Source: Phoronis australis (lineage: Eukaryota; Animalia; Phoronida). From it: a stretch of DNA of 64,000 nucleotides. Under the pieces are notes generated by a model that saw only the letters and a list, made by a program, of their open reading frames with translations, searched no databases and was not told the origin of the DNA. The stretch spans positions 746,748 through 810,747 of the forward strand of contig NMRA01000076.1 in the NCBI GenBank assembly GCA_002633005.1, given 5' to 3'. Made by a program: the position numbers and the translations under genes. This document shows positions 1-11,390 of this stretch, piece after piece (position 1 is the first letter of the stretch; each line of letters opens with the position of its first letter).

Positions 1-3000
1 TCCAAAGGAAAGTGACGTCGTTCCTCTAAAAGTGCTTGCTGTTGGCGTTTTTGTCGGGACGGTGGAGGAGGATTCTTCCAAAATCCTAAAGGATAATCCC
101 TACAAGAAGGAAGTATTGCTTGATCAAACCCCACGAAATGTGGCTTTTTCATTGAAGCTTGCTGCACGCGGAACTGTCAAATTTTCAAGTTCACTCTGTA
201 AATGGCTGGGTGTAATAAACTTTCAGCTGCCCCCCCATTAATATATAGTCGAGTCGAGTATATCTACACGTTTTTAGACGATCCTCTAGTAACTGTTGTG
301 GTCGTCAACGAAATAGTCTGTGTCTGAATTAGTTCGAAATTAGTTCGAAAATCTTGAGACCGGCCGTGGTCGTCTGTTCCCTCACTTAATTAATTTTTCC
401 ATTCAGGACCGTGATTAACCGGGAGGCACCCTAACTCACCGCAACGTACCCTGACAGTTTGACTTAGACTGGGCGCAGAGATATGTCCTGACTTACCGTT
501 TGGAAATACGTCCCTTTGACTGTGTAGTCTCAGATATCTAGATGCAATGTTTCGCCGAGTCTGCTGGGCCCATGTTAGTTTGCAAAGCCGGGCTGATAAC
601 AATGTGACACCTTAAACTATTTCCCCCAAATGCTGTGTAACCATTTATTTATGCATATTAGACAAGACTTTCCAAGTATTGATTCACTGCGCCAATGAGC
701 ATACTATGATATTCCTATTCAACAACTAAAAATTCACATTTACTGGTTTGCTACAGATGACGAAGCCTTGGGGAACATATCCCGCACCTCTCACCATCAG
801 CACCCCCTACCGACCACCTGCCAGACAATGTGTTCAACGCACCGCGACAACACCAGGTGCCGTAAACGTCGGTGTTTCGTCGGTTGCAACGCTTACCCTG
901 CTTATACATGCGGTTCTTGCATGTTTGGTGATTGGTTTTTAACATGGATGATAGTTCGCCGTGGTATGTACTACTCGCCGACACTTTCCAAAAGGATACT
1001 TATATGCTGGACATCATCGGCAAGTGTGTGCAAACAGCCAAATATCTAAAAACTGTGAAATAACTGATTGTAAAAGTGAATATTTTCTGACAATAGAAGG
1101 CGTGTAGACTTTGATTTTCAATTGAATTCGTCCTTTTGGTAATGTAAGTCAAAGAGGAAGTTGCATTAATACCAAAAGTAGGCTATTAATTGTACAGAAA
1201 TTTTTATTTGATACATGTATAAATGTTCAAAACAAAGTCTAAGCAATAATGATGCAGATTTCTAGAATGTCGTTTCGCTTGCGTTTTATACTACTTTTGT
1301 TTGTTTTTTAATACAAATTAGTGTTATTTTTGATTGACAGCCTTTCATGTAAAAGAAGAACATTTTAAGAAGCAATTCCTTACAGAATTTTGGAAAGAAC
1401 TGTAAATAAAACATAGTTTGTAAAGTTTCGCGTGAATCTGATCAGCCATTACTGACGGACATGATGTTTTGAAGTTAGGCAACTGATTTGGACATTTTTC
1501 TAAGATCCTATTGACATATGTAACGAGGGAGTTGCGTGAAAATAAATCATTGGCTACTTGAAAATATTCAGTCTTTTCATTATCCAACACTTGCATAGGA
1601 AGGATCAGTACCGGATTAAGCTAATTACGCTACAGCTTGGGGCCCCGCGCCCGCCAAATAGGGTCCCATATCGTCAAAAGTTGTGGGGATGTGGAAAGCA
1701 GGGGAAATCCATTAAGCTAAAAAAGATGCGCCTTAGATTTTCGCGCGAGATAATAGCCTCACCTCGTCACAATGGCCTTTCATACGTCGTGGCGACAGAA
1801 AGACTAAGGTGAAAAATTGTGACGACCTTGTACTCTTCGAAAGTTTTGGCTTCAGCTGGGTAGTTTGAAAATTGTGGGGAATTGTAATGACTGGGACCTC
1901 ACAATTCTTGTAGCTCGGAGGCACCGAGAAAATTAATCCGGCAATTGGTCACAGGTAAAGGTAATCTCTTGAAGAAATTATTAACGTTTTTCCTTGTTCT
2001 AAGTATAACCAATAGATATAGGCACTGGTGTATGTTGAAACTAGTTCTGCGAGCAATCAAAAGATGTCACTACGGCCAGGGTTAATCTGACCATAGGTGC
2101 CTTTTCTTCACCAAGATGTTTAAGTAATTTGAGCTTTACAGAAGGCCAATGATTGTTTGATGAATATATGATATATGTCAAAATGAAGTTGTTCCGAGCT
2201 GCTCTATAAAAAATCGTTATATTCTAACAAAATAGTCTTAGCAAGCTAACGAGCTAGCGTCAGTGTTTTTTTTTTACATTTAAAACTATATATGCTTCAG
2301 TTACATAATTACATGAATGTCTGTAACCATTTTTATGTAAGCTTGGATAATACTGGTCAAGTTTGAATAATTTTTCCAATATTGCATTGTGTACACTTAC
2401 TGCGCGAATGCGCGTTGATCAAATGTTTATAATTTAGACTTGCCTTAGAGATACGCATCGTGCAACAACTGTTATAATTGTTATAATTACGCGTTCCAAA
2501 GAAAGTTCATGAATACAAACAACTCGTAGATTTTCGCTATTTTGTATTGATGCTGACAGCCAACGATGTTTGCATGTTTTACTTCACTACATGGCCATCA
2601 TTTCTAAATCCTTGGATCTGTACGACCGAAAAATCCAGCATGAGATCGCCTATAATTTTAAATACTCATCCGACCAGTTGGGGCAATGTTGAGAACACTA
2701 AACGAAGATTATTAATTTCCACACTTCTATACGAGTGCATTTTCAAGATGAATTCCTGTTTTCAATATCTCTCACACTTTTTTAATCATTTCCAGTGCTC
2801 ACTGGGTTTATCAAGTATTCTTATGGGTTAAATTGAAAATTACACATTTTAACATTCGTTTACTAGTACGTGTTTTCTCGTATCTTCTTTGAGGTTTAAA
2901 GGAAGGCCCAGTCTTCTTAACGCACTTTTGAAGACGTCTTTGGAGAAGATTGTTGTTTTTTTTAAACTTGTTTACCACAATTCATGAACGTAACCTATGG

Positions 3001-4720
3001 AGGTGGTTGCTAAGTGTGAAGATGAAAAATAGTTGTGCACTTCAGTGTGTCGCCAGATCTTTCGCCGTGCCCGAGGTGAGGATTAGGTTTAATGAAGAAA
3101 AAATGACGAATTAACAACATTAAACATCATCAGATAACAAGACATTGGGGTCTGGCGCGAACTGGGGCGGGAACTCTCTGCACGTCTCAGCCTCTAAAGA
3201 ACACATGAATATCCCCAAGGCTAGGCAGCAGTCTCGTGGTTTATCCCCATTCACCGGACACTAGTAGGCGATGGTTGAAGAACTTTGTTATGACTTTTCC
3301 ATTCAAGTGGGTATTCAGCACTCTTGACTTTAGTTAATTTCTGCTTTTTATGAAGCCACACGGCTCCCGGAATAAACGTCTGCCTGGCAGGACTACATCA
3401 GACTCTATTTGTTTTTGATTATTAACTCATGTGAATATTTTAATATTTAAAAATGATTGCAAATACATACACAAAACGTACCGAGATTGGCGTACAAGAA
3501 GTAATATCCCACGAGACACTATTCCGCGTATCGACCGAAACCGAAAAATTTGTATATATCCCATGCGCTTCGAATTCCTAAGTTTCTTTCATTTTTTGAC
3601 AGATGATTTTATAAATACATCACTCAGACTGATCACATGGCGGATCACATCCTACATGTATGTACTTGCGCGTTAGGTTGCAACTTTTCTCTTGTAAAAG
3701 AAACAGTTTTAAAAGTAACGATTTATTTCTTGAGAAGAGGTAGCAAAGATGAAACCAACGGCAACTGTGCAGTGAACTTGTAACATCTCCTGGAAATAGT
3801 TAAAAAACAACAATACTTGATATTTTAGTTTCCTAGGAATCGGCGCCTGTGTTGCAGACGATATAGTATTCAGCAACTAAAAACTGAGACATAGGTGTCT
3901 TTAAATAAACAGTTTTGTTCCAGATTTTACGTTTAGGGCCTGGTTGCATGTCGAGTGTTAGTTACACTGCTGCAACTGTATTACTTTAAACTATATTCGG
4001 AAAGTTTGATGATCGAACCGGCTGAAGACGTCGAGTCGACATTGACCAACCTTTTGAACTTTCCATGTCAGAGGTCGCTGTTGAAGTAGTGCGGAGATGA
4101 ATACGGAAAACTATATTACATGGCCGTATTTCCTTCGACAAATTTAACGCGTATCGGTTAAAGTGAATAAGCGACGGATATGTACGATCTATCAAGAATA
4201 AACCGAAAGCTGTAATTCGAGTAAATTGCACATTTTATGTAACAAATGTTTTTAATATAGAATTAATTGTATAGTACTTGAAAATAATAGTAACGTTCAC
4301 AGTAACTTCACATAAAGTATTTGTCTGAGTTTGCGTTAGTTATTATGCCGCCAGTAATATTGTTCTTATCATTATTGTTATTATTCACATTCACATTTAC
4401 ATTTAGAGTCCCTGCCAATTTAGAACGACCACAGCAATTTGTAATTAACTGTTAAATACAAAGTTAAAAACATTTCATTCAAAATTGTGAGAACGCCGAA
4501 GCTACTCCCAGTAGGTACAAAAAAGATGGATAAGTCTTTCGTAAAAGCATGAAAATGAGAAGTGGTTCGGGTTTAGAGAAGACGCGTGTTACAGAGTGAC
4601 GGTGCAGAAGCTGAAAACGATTTAGAATACCTTAGCATTTAACAAATAGTTGTTTTTGAAATGAACATTGCCCTATTACATGGGCGGCGCAGCAAAGATA
4701 AAAGTGGAGGGCTATAGCCC
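1..4720 (+). repeat. Tandem/segmental duplication copy 1 (last intron, last exon and 3' flank of MOXD1-like gene)
   Basis: Collinear high similarity by eye to ~29300-34466, with several large indels; offset 29279 bp at the last exon. Confidence 0.92.
757..942 (+). CDS. MOXD1: Terminal coding exon of an upstream MOXD1-like paralog (rest of gene lies left of the window)
   Basis: Acceptor ttgctacag|ATG at 757; MTKPWGTYPAPLTISTPYRPPARQC...LLIHAVLACLVIGF*; 176/186 nt identical to exon 11 of the complete gene (30036-30221). Confidence 0.8.
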   Translation: MTKPWGTYPAPLTISTPYRPPARQCVQRTATTPGAVNVGVSSVATLTLLIHAVLACLVIGF

Positions 4721-4751
4721 CACCCCAGCCCCCTATAGTGCGCCGCCCATG
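4679..4751. mobile_element. 73-bp MITE with perfect 13-bp TIRs and TA flanks
   Basis: ta|CATGGGCGGCGCA ... TGCGCCGCCCATG|ta with internal palindrome gggctatagccc. Confidence 0.7.
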
Positions 4752-5429
4752 TATTAATGAGGTCTAAAGAAAGTCATTTTATAGCCTTAACGTGACGAGT
4801 TGCCGTAAGTTGCGAGGCTTAAGCTTGACAGTTAAGACGATATTAGCTAAATTTAAATCACGCCGATTTTTATTCTTTGCATCAAAACACATAAGGGTAT
4901 AAAATTTCCAAAGCTGTATGTTCTTGCGCTATCCGACAATAACCGCGGATAAGGATTTTCCGAGGACACCAAAGAGATTTAGGGGGTTATTGGAGAATGC
5001 AAGAATACGCAACTTAGGTATAAGAGATAGAATTAGGAAAAACATAGCGTTAACCAAGATTGCCAAGGATAAGCTAGTCATGAACTTATGGGTTACAAAG
5101 TGGGACATATCGTATCACCCCGGAAGACAGTGACAGCCATTTAGCGCTTGGGTCTTTGCTGATGGAACGACCTACCTATCCATGAGACCAGGTTCCAATA
5201 GGGACTAGATGATGCCAATGTCCCCTGACTCATGATTCATCATAAAACGAATTATGGCCCCTCCAAGAAGAGCACACAGTGGTCATCTCAACCACAAACG
5301 TTTAAAACAACGTTAACAACACCTTCAAAAGGTCAGTTTCCGCATAATATAGCGCTGGTGTTAATTTGTAGAGAATGCACTAAGGCAAACCTTATTCTAG
5401 AGCCTGTATTTGCATCTTCCTGTCATATG

Positions 5430-6340
5430 CATCTTCTATCGACTATTCCAAGGCATTTGACAGGGTCCACCATGTGCAGATGATAGAATGCCTAGAAAAG
5501 ATCAGTATTGACGGCAGAGACATACGAATTATAACAAAAATGTACTGTCACCAAAAAGCAGCCATCAGAATTCAGAACGAGCTTTCTCTATACACGTCAA
5601 TCAAAAGAGGAGTCAGACAAGGTTGTGTTTTGTCGTCATATCTTTTTAACATCTACGCTGAATTCGTATTCCGAGAGAGCAGCAATATGAAGGGTGTCTT
5701 TGTTGGCGGCAGAAATATAAATAATTCGAGATATGCACATGACACAGTCCTTATGGCCAATAATGAATAGGACCTACAACAACTTGTCAACATCGTTAAC
5801 AAAAGCAGCAGCAAAATGGACCGGATATGAACATTAAGAAAACAAAAGTGATTGTGTTGTCAAAAGAGGATGGCCTCAAGGCAAACATAGAGATTAATGA
5901 AAAGAAGCTGGAGCAAGTGGGGCATTTTAAATACCTAGGTCAACATGTCACACAAGATGGCAGAAGTGATGAAGAAATAAATATACGCAACGGAATGGCA
6001 AAATCCGGTCAAGGTTCATCTCTATGGCAGGAGTGTTTTACGGATCTGAGACATGGATAATGACTAAAAACCTGGAGAAAAAATAGAGGACTTTGTAATG
6101 TGGGCGTTCAGACGGATTATACTGAAATACTTTGGTCACAATGAAAGGCATGGCATCGTCTGCAAGAACATATTGGAAGGAAAAACAGAGGGGGTGAGAG
6201 CAAGAGGTAGACAACGCAAAATGTGGATGGACGACATCAAGGACTGGACGAATCTATCACTGCAAGAATGTACCAGAAAGGCAAAGAGCAGAGCAGAATG
6301 GCGGGTCATTTCAAGTGGACCTCTAAGGAGATGACACGAC
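5430..6340 (+). mobile_element. 5'-truncated, decayed RTE-clade non-LTR retrotransposon (RT and C-terminus)
   Basis: IDYSKAFDRV, RGVRQGCVLS-YLFNIY, NNSRYAHDT (YADD mutated), MNIKKTK, FKYLG, YFGH...LEGKTEGVRARGRQRKMWMDDIKDW; stop at 5768-5770 and frameshifts. Confidence 0.9.
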
Positions 6341-7570
6341 ATGTATACTGCTTAAAGAATATGCAGCTGTTAGACTCCAAATAATTATGTACAGAACAAA
6401 CAAAGCAAAGGAATAAACAACGATGAATTGTCTCTATCCTTGTTTAAAATGCACAAATAACAAAAACAGACGAGTCAACGTCGTAACTTTCCAATTAATA
6501 ATGTCAATACAGTTTAAAAACTGGCTACATTTTAGCGTAACACGAAACCTGGCTTGCGTTCTGTAACGCTGGGATCTACGCCAGGACCTAGCTAAAATCT
6601 AATCAAAGTCAATTGTTCTCAATTGAAATACACGGCAATCTCTCACGTAATCTCGCAAAATCTTGCTTGTTAGCGAGGTCCTAGTGATACTGAACGGGAG
6701 GCGGGAGGGTTTGCTAAGCTACTTCAATATCCACATCCGCCAAGTAAGGAACATTATTCACAGTTCTCAACAAGACTTTCATCTCTAGCTCTTTGTTACA
6801 TTACTGCTTTTCAGTGTTTAGGTTGTATGATTTCAATTTCTCTGGTAAAAATCTCAATACTCTTCTATTGGAGTTCACGGGAAAACAGAATAGCCTCGAA
6901 ATAAGAAATCTCAGGAAGTACAATGTTTAGTTTGAAGACTCACAGCTTTACCAGCATCAGCTGAATATGTTTATGTTATGTGGGGATATGTAGGAGTTGT
7001 GTGGTAAAAGTTGGGACGTCATCATTGAAAACTTGATATTTAATGAACACCCGTCAACATGATATCACCGTAAAGGACAACTCGCTGGACATTGACGCAA
7101 AGGGCTGCATGGGACGTCGCAAGGCTTATCTTGCCGAGCCCAAGGTGGGACCAATCTTCAATAAGCCGCTGGCTTACTAGGGGTCGATCCTCTCTCATCA
7201 AATGTAGAGATGTTGTAAGTTGTGATTTTTACATAATCCATGGAGACCTTATTCACGACAAGTTCGATGACTTCTTGCAAGATGTCGTGCTTAAATTTCC
7301 GGAGCAACTTCGTCAAAACATAGTTGCATTTCTTTAAAATCTGTTCGATAGAGAGTCTTTAAATGGATCCAGTCAGTTTGTATTTATTTAGTTTTGTGCA
7401 GCAGCATTTTAATTCTATTAATAAATAGGACTACGCCATTTCAAGTTTCATTTAGGTCACAAAAGCATCAATTTTATATACTCAGTGTACACTGTACATC
7501 AAGTACACACCAGAGTATTTATTTTTAATTGCTAGTGTTAACGCAAAAATATTATTCCGTTGTTATTCCT

Positions 7571-7615
7571 GTATTGTATTGTATTGTATTGTATTGTATT
7601 GTATTGTATTGTATT
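7571..7615 (+). repeat. (GTATT)9 microsatellite
   Basis: Nine perfect pentamer units read directly. Confidence 0.95.
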
Positions 7616-8124
7616 ATGGTTGTTGACACATTAAGGAATTGGTCAAATTTGTAAACATGTATACTGCATTCATTTATTTCATCCATAATTTTAGTAACGA
7701 TTTTATTTAAGTATATCTATGTGGAATGGTGTACAGCTATTATAGTCAATTGTTCCAAGGTTATTGGCCTTTGTGTAATAACTCACTGCAAGGGCGAAAC
7801 TACATGTAATAGTCCACTTTACCAACAATTGGTCTCTTAAAATCCCTCTGGTTGTGAGCAGAACAATTGGCCAACGTTAAGAACTTGTATCTGTACTGTT
7901 ATATTGGCCTGTGTGAAAAAAATCTCACATTTCATGAGAGCAAGTTTTTATATTTTGCTCGACTAGCAATCCCTCCACTTTTCCGCTAGTTGTGCCCCTG
8001 CAACTGCGTTGTTTTCTAGTTCTTATTGTTGAGCTTAAACTTGAGTAGTTTCATATTGTGGGATATCTTTATGGTGAAACATTCGATAACAGCAGCTAGA
8101 ATATTCCACTAACACAATTTACGT

Positions 8125-8292
8125 TGTTGTGACAATTTGGGCCCTTGCGAAAATTTGGCCCTGCACTATAGTACACAAGCAAAAAATTTTGTGATAATTT
8201 GGGACAAATGAATTTGGGTCTGCATCGCTGACACAAATTGACACAATTTTGAAGTTGTGGTAATTTGGGACGATGTGACAGTTTGGACCCGC
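8125..8292. repeat. Cluster of short degenerate direct repeats (gtga(c/t)aatttggg-like), probably a transposon subterminal remnant
   Basis: gtgacaatttgggcc, aaaatttggcc, gtgataatttgggac, gaatttgggtc, gtaatttgggac, gtgacagtttggac. Confidence 0.5.
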
Positions 8293-9067
8293 ACAACGTA
8301 CTGCAGATGAAGGCATCCATTTTCAGTCTTATGACTCCGTTGGCTCTCCTAACAACCGAATCGTGCCGCTTTGCTCCCTTGACAGCGAAAGCAAGTATGC
8401 TATAAGCGAGGTGAACGACGAAAAATCTGCTGCCCGACTCATCAGTATTTTTTAGAATTTTCCTAATTCATTTATTCAATAAGTCATAGTTTGTTAGACC
8501 TAGTAATGTTGTTAAAAGCTCTAAAACTACTTGAACAAACAGTTTCAATATTACCATTACTATTATTTTCGTAGTCAAATACTTGAACTTGCTCCGTAGG
8601 GCTATTTTTACTTTGATTTCTAATCGCGGGAGACGCCTTGCCTCCTTACATGTCCGATTAAAATGAGGAAATAGAGCTTTGAAATCACACGGAATCCTGA
8701 CTTGGTGATTGCAGCCCATCCTCGTTCTATCCCCTGCTAATGCAACATACTATGTCACAGAAAGGACATTGTGATTAATGGTGGTTATCGGTGGACTTTC
8801 CCTGCAGTTGTCGCGTCGTAACTCGCCTAAAGTGTTGGTCACGCTTGCCCGTTAAACATACTTTGTAAGAAGTTTTCAAGGTGTGCTCAGTACCGATGTG
8901 CGTGTGAGAGTACCGGGCAAGTGCCAGGCGGACCCATGTGGGTTTTTGCGTCTCTATGTGAACCGATTTTTCCCTTCAAGACTACCGCATAGAAGTTCGC
9001 TATAAAACTAGGATCTGACGTACTTTAAAATTTGTAACGTATTTACGTAAAGTCCTGTGCGCGGTTA

Positions 9068-9689
9068 GGAGGCACTGAACAGTTCTCACAGGGATTTGCC
9101 TATCAGAACACACGTCAATGGACTCTTCACCCTTTCTTCACTATGTCAAAAACTGCATGCAATTAAAGCAAAGTTTTGAGTCATTTCACATCAGAAGCCC
9201 TACAGATAAGCACAGAAACTTTGTTCTCTCTTGTATTTTTGACCCTTTCACTCCCAGTGGAAACCAAGCTGAACTAAGAAAAATAAGGGCAAAAAATGCA
9301 AAATCACCACTTCTCTGCCGATGCTCGACTAAAGCCAACATTAGATTCCGAAAGCAAATTTCCTACCAATTCCAAAAATGTGGTCCAAAAGTACTGTCAA
9401 CCAACTATTTTTTTTTGCAAATCTGGCTTGTTTGATGGCTACCTGAAATCGCGGCCAATTTCTCGGTTGCGACACAGCAATGCACAATTGCAACAGGGGG
9501 CACACCATGGTGAAGCAGAGTGCAGCTACAGCCAAGAAAGTGGCCTTTTTTCATTCTCAGCATTTTCACAAATACAAAAAACACATTCACTTGGCTTACA
9601 TACAATACCTAACTAAAAATGCCCCTGGATTTTAATATTTTGGGAGAGCAAACTGGCCGCGGCCGCAGTCTTAACTGTTCAGTGCCACC
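9068..9689. mobile_element. Non-autonomous TIR DNA element, Kolobok-like, copy A (just upstream of MOXD1-like start)
   Basis: GGAGGCACTGAACAGTT ... AACTGTTCAGTGCCACC inverted ends (1 mismatch); flanks gtta/ttac resemble degenerate TTAA; second copy at 15409-16066. Confidence 0.75.
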
Positions 9690-9914
9690 TTACATGAAAC
9701 AGTTCCTAATAGGAACTTAACCAAGGTCCCTAAATCTAATGCGTGTTTGGCGGGAGACCTCAAAATGAAGAGCTTTTATCCTTTATCTGTCCTGGCAAAA
9801 GATCGAATGATATCACGCGATGGTGATAAAATAAATTGCTTAAACGAAAAGCAAACAAATTTTCAAACAAAATGAAGTGCGTCATGAATTTGTGCAAGTC
9901 AGAAGGATACAGTG

Positions 9915-10193
9915 ATGTCGGCGAGTTTAGTTTTCATCGCTTTCTTGTTGGCTATTACACCCGATGGGTATTGCCTACACAATACAACAAGCGGAGAGTC
10001 GTTCACACACAAGGCAGTTTTGAGTGAAGACGTATACGAGGTGTTCTGGAAGTATGATTCATCAAAAATCACATTCGAAGTAGAAGTCGCAACAACAGGA
10101 TGGATTGGCTTTGGACTGTCGCCAAACGGAGGAATGGCGGGATCGGATATTGTCATCGGAGGCGTCAATGGTGACGGAAAGTGGTATTTCACG
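9915..10193 (+). CDS. MOXD1: MOXD1-like exon 1: signal peptide and DOMON N-half
   Basis: MSASLVFIAFLLAIT...ITFEVEVATTGWIGFGLSPNGGMAGSDIVIGGV...YFT|gtaaga. Confidence 0.93.
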
Positions 10194-10569
10194 GTAAGAT
10201 TGCATAAGAAACGTAGAGATCCTACGAATATTGGTACATAGGCACAAATAGGGACGACTGTCACTACAAAGCCGAGGTATGTTGCAATCCGTCGAGTTGT
10301 CGCAATGGCGACATAACTCAACGCATTACATGTATGTTGAAATTTCTCAACTGCGACAAAACTTGCTCTTCTCCATATTTTCAGAAAAGAAACATGCCAT
10401 CATATCGCAAAATCTTAGTGACTCATGTCACTAACGTATCCTGCATGTGCTCAAAACTAACAAAATAGTCGCTCTTTCTTAAATTAGTTCAAACACATAT
10501 TAAATTAAACATTCAAACTTGTCTTCATTTCTCAATTCTAGAGTCTGTTTAAAAAGATTCCCTGCTGCG

Positions 10570-11390
10570 TTTAGTAAATCGTTGTTAGTGTGAATATTAG
10601 CAGATAAGTCTTGAGCTTGTTGAGTACGTCAAGTGTTTTTGCAGTTTTGGGTCCCGCCAGATTAATATGTTCAGGTCTGGATAAAGAATCGTCATACTAG
10701 GTCATTCCCGAAACCTTAAATGTTTTAACAAAATCTAGATTTTAACTGTTTATGGTAAGCTTGGGTATTAAATTTTGGGGTATTTTTTGTGAGGAAATTA
10801 TAATACCATGCATTTAGTTTTGATGTGTTGATTGATAAAATGTGAATATGTTTGATTCTATAGCTCATTGTTAATTCCAGTTTCGTTGGTCTTTGGTTTT
10901 ATAGACGAAGGTGTATATATTACGCAGGTGTCATCATGATGCATGAGGATCTAAAAAAGAGGCTTTTTCAGGTCATTTAACTAAAAAAAGAAAAAAAAAA
11001 CGATGGGAGCGATCTAGAATGGATTCTAAGAGTACACTTGTGATGATAACTGGTTTTGGGATCTTGAATTGTCAAAAAAGCTTATTGCTGACGTTTGATT
11101 AAGTAATTCTTCAAGAATAAATGCTCGAATCCAGTTATACTGTAAAATGAAAGCTTGTTTAGCAATAAACTGTGATCTGTTGTGTCAAAGGCATTTGAAA
11201 GGTCTAAAGAGATGGTGTTGGGTTTATTCCCTTGCCCTGTTGTCAGATAATCTTGTCAGTTAGTTTGAATGTAAGAGGTTGTTTGTAGTAAGCTTGTCAT
11301 GATACTTGCTATTGGATATTTATTCAAGTAATTTGGAGAAGGCAGTAAATGTATATTATTTTTTGAAATTACAAAGACTGTATATAGGCA
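10570..11390 (-). mobile_element. Heavily decayed CR1/L2-type LINE reverse transcriptase fragment in intron 1
   Basis: Manual minus-strand translation in RT order: AFSKLLE..NNLL, SLDLSNAFDTTDHSLLLNKL..KNYLIKRQQ, LMHHDDT (YADD site), NNEL, LSINTSKTKCM, FVKTFK..DDSL..EHIN..LNKLKTYL..TIY; many stops and frameshifts. Confidence 0.8.

Noticed and set aside
768-1049. Cys-rich ORF (also 30107-30328) that looks like a small disulfide-rich or metal-binding peptide
   Set aside because: Alternative frame of the MOXD1-like last exon; it recurs only because of the duplication, has no signal peptide, and the splice phase selects the other frame.
1345-2831. ORFs shared with 30857-31631 downstream of the last exon
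   Set aside because: Similar only through the duplication; indels shift frames between copies and no domain was recognised.
6830-7380. Coding-like minus-strand stretch (KKCNYVLTKLLRKFKHDILQEVIELVV...)
   Set aside because: Multiple stops and no motif I can recognise; may be a decayed transposon gene but is unsupported without BLASTX.
9118-9616. Similar ORFs at 9118-9616 and 15498-16167 suggesting a duplicated small gene
   Set aside because: They lie inside the two TIR-element copies and frames and stops are not preserved between copies.
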